A stretch of 50,308 nucleotides of DNA, from the NCBI GenBank assembly GCA_964347285.1, contig CAYFYE010000007.1, positions 1-50,308 of the forward strand, read 5' to 3'. Source of the stretch: an uncultured Acidimicrobiia bacterium (lineage in GTDB: Bacteria; Actinomycetota; Acidimicrobiia; Spongiisociales; JAOTWH01). Shown one piece after another: positions 44,741-50,308 of this stretch. Numbering within the stretch: the first letter of the stretch is position 1; each line of letters opens with the position of its first letter. The notes under the pieces were generated by a model that was not told the DNA's origin, did not search any database, and worked only from the letters and a program-made list of their open reading frames with translations. Position numbers and translations under genes: made by a program.

Positions 44741-45747
44741 GACTGGGGACTCCTCGGGTCGAGGAAGGTCATCATGGACCGCAGCTGTGCCCCCACCTCT
44801 TCAATGGGGTGTCCGCGTTCCTGGTCGCGGTACTTGGCCAGAGTCGGCTCGCCATTGCGGTACTCGTTGATCCACTCACGGGCGAACTGGCCCGACTGGA
44901 CTTCGGCGAGGATCTCTCGCATTGCTCGGCGCGTCTGCTTGGTGATGATCCTCGGTCCCCGGGTGTAGTCGCCGTACTCAGCCGTGTCGGACACCGAGTG
45001 GCGCATCCACGCCAGCCCGCCTTCGAAGAGGAGGTCGACGATGAGCTTGAGCTCGTGCAGGCACTCGAAGTAGGCCGACTCGGGTGCGTATCCGGCGGCA
45101 ACGAGCGTTTCGAAAGAGGCCTTGATCAGCTCGGACACCCCACCGCACAAGATGACCTGCTCGCCGAACAGGTCGGTCTCGGTCTCTTCGCGGAACGTGG
45201 TCTCGAGAACGCCGGCCCGAGTGGCCCCGATGGCGTCGGCATAAGAGATGGCCAGTGGCATGGCTCCACCGGTGGCGTCCGTCGCCACCGCCACCAGTGC
45301 GGGGACTCCGCTCCCTTCCTCATAGGCCCGGCGCACCAGGTGGCCGGGCCCCTTGGGAGCCACCATCGCCACATCGATCCCCTTCGGGGCCTCGATTTGG
45401 CCGAAGTGAACGTTGAAGCCGTGGGCGAAGAAGAGGGCGTCGCCGGTCTCGAGATGGGGACCGACGGCCTCCTGATAGACCTCGGGCTGGCGCTGGTCGG
45501 GGACCAGCATCATGACGAGATCGGCCCAGCCGGCGGCCTCGGCCGGCGGAAGTACGGTCATCCGGTCGTCTTCCGCCTTTTCTCGCGACTTTGAGCCTTC
45601 CTGCAGGCCCACGACGACCTCGACTCCGGAATCCCGCAGATTGAGGGCATGGGCGTGGCCCTGGCTGCCGTAGCCGATGACGGCGACCCGCCGGCCGGCG
45701 ACCAGCTTCGGGTCGGCATCGGCCTCGTAGAAGATGCGAACGCTCAC
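44737..45747 (-). CDS. ilvC: Ketol-acid reductoisomerase
   Basis: [44 protein letters not shown] motifs. Confidence 0.97.
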   Translation of the reverse strand: MSVRIFYEADADPKLVAGRRVAVIGYGSQGHAHALNLRDSGVEVVVGLQEGSKSREKAEDDRMTVLPPAEAAGWADLVMMLVPDQRQPEVYQEAVGPHLETGDALFFAHGFNVHFGQIEAPKGIDVAMVAPKGPGHLVRRAYEEGSGVPALVAVATDATGGAMPLAISYADAIGATRAGVLETTFREETETDLFGEQVILCGGVSELIKASFETLVAAGYAPESAYFECLHELKLIVDLLFEGGLAWMRHSVSDTAEYGDYTRGPRIITKQTRRAMREILAEVQSGQFAREWINEYRNGEPTLAKYRDQERGHPIEEVGAQLRSMMTFLDPRSPQS

Positions 45748-46247
45748 GAGACGCTCCCGGTCGACGCGACTCGGGATTCGGCGTCGCGAGCTATGGCGAT
45801 GCGGCCGGACTTGACGAGCTCGACCACGCCGTAGCGCTCGATCAGGGAGAGGAAATCGGCCAGGCGGGACGGATGGTCGCACAGCTCGAACGTGAGCGAG
45901 CCGCCGCCCGTGTCGACGGTGCTGGCGCCGAAGGCCTCGGCTTCATCGCGCACCTCACGATGGTTCTCCGGCCCGGCCTCGACCCGGACCAGCATCACCT
46001 CCCGCTCCAGCGACTCCTCCGGAGCCAGCTCGATGATCCTGATGACGTTCACCAGCTTGCGAAGCTGCTTCGTGACCTGATCCACGTCCACGGCGTCGAC
46101 GACGAGTGTGATGCGGGAGAACCCGGGCTGGTGGATCGGGCCTACCGCCAGCGAGTGGATGTTGAAGGCTCGCCTGGTGAAGAGGGAAGCCACTCGGGCC
46201 AGGACTCCGGGCTTGTCTTCGACCAACACCGCCAGCGTGTGCTTCAT
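45744..46247 (-). CDS. ilvN: Acetolactate synthase regulatory subunit
   Basis: [46 protein letters not shown] motifs. Confidence 0.95.
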   Translation of the reverse strand: MKHTLAVLVEDKPGVLARVASLFTRRAFNIHSLAVGPIHQPGFSRITLVVDAVDVDQVTKQLRKLVNVIRIIELAPEESLEREVMLVRVEAGPENHREVRDEAEAFGASTVDTGGGSLTFELCDHPSRLADFLSLIERYGVVELVKSGRIAIARDAESRVASTGSVS

Positions 46248-47959
46248 TGCAGATCCTCCGGTGTGAGCGCGATGTTGTCGTTGGATCCGCCGGCAGGAAC
46301 CATCGGAAAGCACATCTCGTCGCGATCGACCTTGAACTCCACGACAACGGGCCGATCGTCGATCGCCAGCGCCTTGTGGAGTGCCGGCCTGACTTCTTCG
46401 GGAGTCTCCGCCTGAAGCCCAACGCAGCCCATCGCCTCGGCCAGAGCCGGGTAGTCGGGGATCTCGCCGCCGAGGTCGATGGCCGAAAAGCGACTTTCGA
46501 AGAAGAGTCGCTGCCACTGGCGCACCATTCCGTGGCCGCCGTTGTTCATGACCAAGAGCTTGATCGGCACCTCTTCGGTAGCCGCCGTGACGAGCTCCTG
46601 ACACGTCATCTGAAACGACCCATCGCCATCGATGGCGACTACCAGCTCTTCGGGGCGTGCCACCTTGGCTCCGATGGCTGCCGGGATGGCGAATCCCATT
46701 GTTCCCAATCCCCCCGAGTTGATCCAAGTTCGGGGTCGGGAGAACCGCCAGTATTGCGACGCCCACATCTGGTGCTGGCCGACGCCGGACACCACCACTG
46801 CGTCGCCGTCGGTGGCCTCGTGAAGTTGCTCGATGACGAACTGCGGCTTGATGGGCCCACCGTTGGCTTGGTCGTACTGGAGGGGGTATTCCGCCTGCCA
46901 CGTCCGCAGTGTGGCCGCCCACTCGGAGCGATTCGGCGGCGACTGGTTGGAAAGGCGCGTGCCCAGCTCGGTGACGAGCTGGCCGAGCACCGCCCTCACG
47001 TCCCCGACGATGGGCACCTCGGCCCGGCGTACTTTGCCGATCTCGGCCGGATCGACATCGACGTGGACCACCTTGGCCTCGGGAGCGAAGGCCTGCGGGT
47101 CACCGGTCACCCGGTCGTCGAATCGGGCGCCCAGTGCCACCAGCAAGTCGGCCTTTTGCATGGCGGTGACGGCGGTGTAGTTGCCGTGCATGCCCGGCAT
47201 CCCGAGGGCGAGGGGATGGTCGTCGGGAAAGGCGCCTCGAGCCATGAGTGTGGTGACCACCGGGACCTCGCCCATCTCCGCGAAACGGAGGAGCTCGGCG
47301 TGGGCTCCGGCGGCGATGACCCCGCCTCCGACGTAGAGAACGGGTCGCTCGGAACGCATGAGCAGGTCGATTGCCTGGCAGATTTGATGGGAGGAGCCGT
47401 GGCGAGTGGGCCGGTAGCCGGGCAATTCCACCGGCGCCGGCTCGTTCCAGGTCGTCGGAGCGTTGAGAACATCCTTGGGCACGTCGATGAGGACCGGGCC
47501 CGGGCGCCCCGACGTTGCGATGTGGAAGGCCTCGTGGACGACGTCCACCAGCTCGTCGGGGTCGGCGACGAGGTAGGCGTGTTTGGTGCAGTGCATCCCC
47601 ATGCCGATGGTGAAGGCCTCCTGGAAGGCGTCGTTGCCCATCGCCGCCGTGGGGACCTGGCCGGTGACCGCCACGATCGGCACCGAGTCCATCAAGGCGT
47701 CCTGGAGGGGCGTCATCAGGTTGGTTGCTCCGGGTCCCGACGTGGCGATGGCGACGCCCACCCGGCCGGTGGCGTGGGCATACCCTTCTGCCATATGGCC
47801 GGCGCCCTGTTCGTGTCGCGCCAGGACGTGTCTGATGGGGCTTTCCAGCAAGGGGTCGTACGCCGGCAGAATGGCTCCGCCGGGCACGCCGAAAACCACC
47901 TCGACGCCCTCGTATTCGAGCGTCTTCACCAGTGCCTGAGCGCCGGTTGTTTGCGTCAT
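46244..47959 (-). CDS. ilvB: Acetolactate synthase large subunit
   Basis: FGVPGGAIL, RHEQGAGH, TSGPGATN, GMPGMHG, RFDDRVTG, GDGSFQM...NN motifs. Confidence 0.97.
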   Translation of the reverse strand: MTQTTGAQALVKTLEYEGVEVVFGVPGGAILPAYDPLLESPIRHVLARHEQGAGHMAEGYAHATGRVGVAIATSGPGATNLMTPLQDALMDSVPIVAVTGQVPTAAMGNDAFQEAFTIGMGMHCTKHAYLVADPDELVDVVHEAFHIATSGRPGPVLIDVPKDVLNAPTTWNEPAPVELPGYRPTRHGSSHQICQAIDLLMRSERPVLYVGGGVIAAGAHAELLRFAEMGEVPVVTTLMARGAFPDDHPLALGMPGMHGNYTAVTAMQKADLLVALGARFDDRVTGDPQAFAPEAKVVHVDVDPAEIGKVRRAEVPIVGDVRAVLGQLVTELGTRLSNQSPPNRSEWAATLRTWQAEYPLQYDQANGGPIKPQFVIEQLHEATDGDAVVVSGVGQHQMWASQYWRFSRPRTWINSGGLGTMGFAIPAAIGAKVARPEELVVAIDGDGSFQMTCQELVTAATEEVPIKLLVMNNGGHGMVRQWQRLFFESRFSAIDLGGEIPDYPALAEAMGCVGLQAETPEEVRPALHKALAIDDRPVVVEFKVDRDEMCFPMVPAGGSNDNIALTPEDLQ

Positions 47960-47986
47960 CGGACCTTTCCTTGCTGTGTCGGGTAC

Positions 47987-48016
47987 AAAAAAACCCTCCG
48001 GCCGGGGCGGGAGGGT
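47987..48016 (-). terminator. Attenuator terminator upstream of ilvB
   Basis: Minus strand ACCCTCC-cgccccggcc-GGAGGGT followed by a T-tract. Confidence 0.85.
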
Positions 48017-48041
48017 GCGCACACGCGTCTGTACGTGTGCG

Positions 48042-48077
48042 CTACATGAGGATTACGAGGGTGGCAAAAACGGACAT
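48042..48077 (-). CDS. ilvB attenuation leader peptide MSVFATLVILM
   Basis: Consecutive Leu-Val-Ile-Leu codons; leader ACCCTC repeats the terminator 5' arm and can pair with its GAGGGT arm. Confidence 0.8.
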   Translation of the reverse strand: MSVFATLVILM

Positions 48078-48181
48078 GGTGACCTGCGATTATGGGGGAA
48101 CCACCCAGCGCTGTCAACCCCCGACTTCGGCTTTCTCGGGGGACCTCGTGCGGCGGTCCGGGTGCCCCGTAGGATGCCGTC

Positions 48182-49843
48182 ATGAGCAAGCGCTCCGACG
48201 ACGTCACCCGTTGGCCGGAAGCGGCGGGAGCGCGAGCCATGCTGCGGGCAGTGGGCCTCACAGACGGGGACTTCTCCAAGCCCCAGGTGGGTGTGGTCTC
48301 GGCCGGCAACGAGGTGACGCCATGCAACATCAGCGGTCCCCGGCTCGCCGCCGCAGCCAAGAAAGGAGTGAGGGCGGCCGGGGGCGTCGGGCTGACATTC
48401 GCCACGATCGCCGTTTCCGACGGCATTGCGATGGGCCACGAGGGCATGCGAGCCTCACTGGTGTCGCGCGAGGTCATCGCCGATTCGGTGGAGCTGGTGC
48501 TACACGCTGAGCGCTTCGACGCCATGGTCTCTATCGCCGGATGCGACAAGTCGCTCCCCGGCATGCTCATGGCGGCGGCCCGCACCAACCTGCCTTCGGT
48601 GTTCCTCTATGGCGGGACCTCCCTGCCCGGCCGATGGCGGGATCGCGACGTATCGATCGTCGACGTATTCGAAGGCATCGGCGCTCACTCCGAGGGCGCG
48701 ATGTCCGACGAGGATCTGTTGGAGCTGGAGAAGGCGGCCTGTCCCGGCGAAGGCTCATGCGCCGGCATGTTCACGGCGAACACGATGGCCGCGGTCGGCG
48801 AGGCGCTGGGTATGTCGCTTCCCGGAAGTGCGGCCGTACCCGCCGTCGATCCTCGACTGGATGAGTTTGCCGTGGCTTCGGGGAGCGCCGTGATGGCGCT
48901 GCTCGAAGCCGACGTACGCCCCCGCCGGGTCATGACCAGGGGGGCCTTCGAGAACGCCATCACCGTGGTCATGGCCCTGGGGGGCTCGACCAACGCCGTG
49001 CTCCATCTCCTGGCGATTGCCCGAGAAGTCGGAGTCGAGCTTTCGCTCGAGGACTTCGACCGCGTCAGCCGTCGTACCCCCCACGTGGGTGATCTGCGCC
49101 CCTTCGGCCGTTATCACATGGTGGACCTGGACGACATCGGTGGAGTGCCGGTGGTGCTCCGCACGCTGCTCGACGAGGGGCTGTTGGCCGGCGACACACT
49201 GACGGTCACCGGCAGGACGATGGCCGAGAACCTCGAAGGCGTCGCCGTTCCTGCCGACCAGGACGTCATTCGCTCCCTGTCCGATCCGTTTCGCGAGGAC
49301 GGCGGCATTGCGATCCTGCGCGGCTCGCTCGCCCCGGGTGGGGCCGTGGTGAAGGTGGCCGGGATCGCCGACACCGTTTTCGATGGCCGGGCCCGCGTGT
49401 TCGAAAGCGAGCAGGACGCCCTCCTTGCTCTGCGCCACCACGGTCTCGGAGAGGGAGACGTCGTGGTCATCCGCAACGAGGGCCCGAAGGGTGGACCGGG
49501 CATGCGGGAGATGTTGGCGATCACGGCCGGAATCAAGGGGGCGGGCTTGGGCCGGTCGGTTGCGCTCCTCACCGATGGGCGCTTCTCGGGTGGAACCACC
49601 GGGCTGTGTATCGGTCACGTCGCTCCCGAGGCGGCGGCCGGGGGTCCGGTAGCGTTGGTAGAAGAGGGCGACCCCATCCGGATCGATGTTCCGAAGAGGC
49701 GGGTGGACCTTCTGGTGGATGAGGGCATCTTGCAGAAGCGCCGGGAAAGATGGAAGCCGGCTCCGCCTCGCTACCCAACAGGCGCCCTTGCCAAGTACGC
49801 TCGACTCGTGGGGTCGGCCGAAGAGGGTGCCGTCTGCGACTAG
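48182..49843 (+). CDS. ilvD: Dihydroxy-acid dehydratase
   Basis: [68 protein letters not shown] motifs. Confidence 0.97.
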   Translation: MSKRSDDVTRWPEAAGARAMLRAVGLTDGDFSKPQVGVVSAGNEVTPCNISGPRLAAAAKKGVRAAGGVGLTFATIAVSDGIAMGHEGMRASLVSREVIADSVELVLHAERFDAMVSIAGCDKSLPGMLMAAARTNLPSVFLYGGTSLPGRWRDRDVSIVDVFEGIGAHSEGAMSDEDLLELEKAACPGEGSCAGMFTANTMAAVGEALGMSLPGSAAVPAVDPRLDEFAVASGSAVMALLEADVRPRRVMTRGAFENAITVVMALGGSTNAVLHLLAIAREVGVELSLEDFDRVSRRTPHVGDLRPFGRYHMVDLDDIGGVPVVLRTLLDEGLLAGDTLTVTGRTMAENLEGVAVPADQDVIRSLSDPFREDGGIAILRGSLAPGGAVVKVAGIADTVFDGRARVFESEQDALLALRHHGLGEGDVVVIRNEGPKGGPGMREMLAITAGIKGAGLGRSVALLTDGRFSGGTTGLCIGHVAPEAAAGGPVALVEEGDPIRIDVPKRRVDLLVDEGILQKRRERWKPAPPRYPTGALAKYARLVGSAEEGAVCD

Positions 49844-49881
49844 GACGACCTCGTTTCGGTCCAGGCGCGAACGCGGTACGC

Positions 49882-49923
49882 CGGGCCGCCGGTGCCGGAC
49901 CCCAACGGCACCGGATCGGCCCG
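49882..49923 (+). terminator. Hairpin after ilvD
   Basis: CGGGCCG-CCGGTGCCG-gaccccaa-CGGCACCGG-at-CGGCCCG. Confidence 0.55.
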
Positions 49924-49987
49924 ACGAGTATCGTCTACGGGGTGGCCGAGGCCACGCGGGAGTTGTTGGAATAAGCGAGGAGTGGAT

Positions 49988-50308
49988 ATGCGAGGGAGAA
50001 TGTTGATTGCCGCCGCAGCTCTGTTCGGCCTGGGACTGGCCGCCTGCGGCGGTGACGAGGCCCATCCCGACGTGACCGCGGACCGGGATGCGGCCTCGGT
50101 AGCGGCCGGAGAAGCGATCTACCAGGAGAACTGTGCCGGATGCCACGGCGCCGCCCTCGAAGGTGGTGCGGGTCCGGGCCTGGTGGACGCGGAACTCGGG
50201 CATCCGGACTCAGACTTCGTGGAAGCCATCACCAACGGCAAGGGCGAGATGCCGGCGTTCGGTGGGCAGCTGTCCGCCGAAGAAATCGCCTCGGCGGTCG
50301 ACTTTGTG
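49988..50308 (+). CDS. Class I cytochrome c lipoprotein (c551-like), truncated by the window end
   Basis: Not in the ORF track. GAGGAG RBS, MRGRMLIAAAALFGLGLAA-C lipobox, NCAGCHG..LEGGAGP, GKGEMPAF. Confidence 0.88.
   Translation, partial: MRGRMLIAAAALFGLGLAACGGDEAHPDVTADRDAASVAAGEAIYQENCAGCHGAALEGGAGPGLVDAELGHPDSDFVEAITNGKGEMPAFGGQLSAEEIASAVDFV

Noticed and set aside
1..50308. Selenocysteine or pyrrolysine read-through at TGA/TAG junctions
   Set aside because: The junctions are ordinary ATGA/GTGA/TGATG coupling overlaps between complete genes in different frames.
1..50308. tRNA, rRNA, tmRNA, RNase P, SRP RNA, transposase or integrase genes
   Set aside because: No recognisable signatures found by eye.

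Overview
High-GC bacterial chromosome window. It is most likely from an actinobacterium, probably Acidimicrobiia-like; this is an inference from the actinobacterial ilvB attenuator, a LEU-type leader before leuA, leaderless-style starts and DosR-like palindromes. From left to right it carries: (i) a moaD-moaE-moeA-moaC-mog-mobA molybdenum-cofactor operon plus an FAD oxidoreductase; (ii) a membrane-lipid locus (PAP2-kinase fusion, lipoprotein, LPG-synthase-type membrane protein), nhaA, a PAP2 phosphatase and a hydrolase; (iii) a ~20 kb respiratory island (12.1-32.5 kb) with 48 counted heme-c motifs in 8 proteins; (iv) class II ribonucleotide reductase nrdJ with NrdR boxes, a DnaA box and a small ORF flanked by a duplicate of the nrdJ 3' end; (v) an ilv/leu cluster with two leader-peptide controls and an apparently split LeuA; (vi) a truncated cytochrome c lipoprotein. 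The island contains a b6-type Rieske/cytochrome b complex with a 7-heme subunit IV, an ImcH-like 7-heme cytochrome beside a split CbcL-like pair (9-heme c plus FdnI-type b), an NrfC/NrfD-cytochrome module, and two lipid-anchored multiheme cytochromes (10 and 6 hemes). Five of its transcription units are preceded by the same DosR/DevR-like palindrome. This island is the best candidate for an undescribed system: a Geobacter-like, possibly hypoxia-regulated, porin-free extracellular electron transfer chain in a monoderm. Family assignments come from motif recognition only; no database search was run. No rRNA, tRNA, CRISPR array or transposase was seen.
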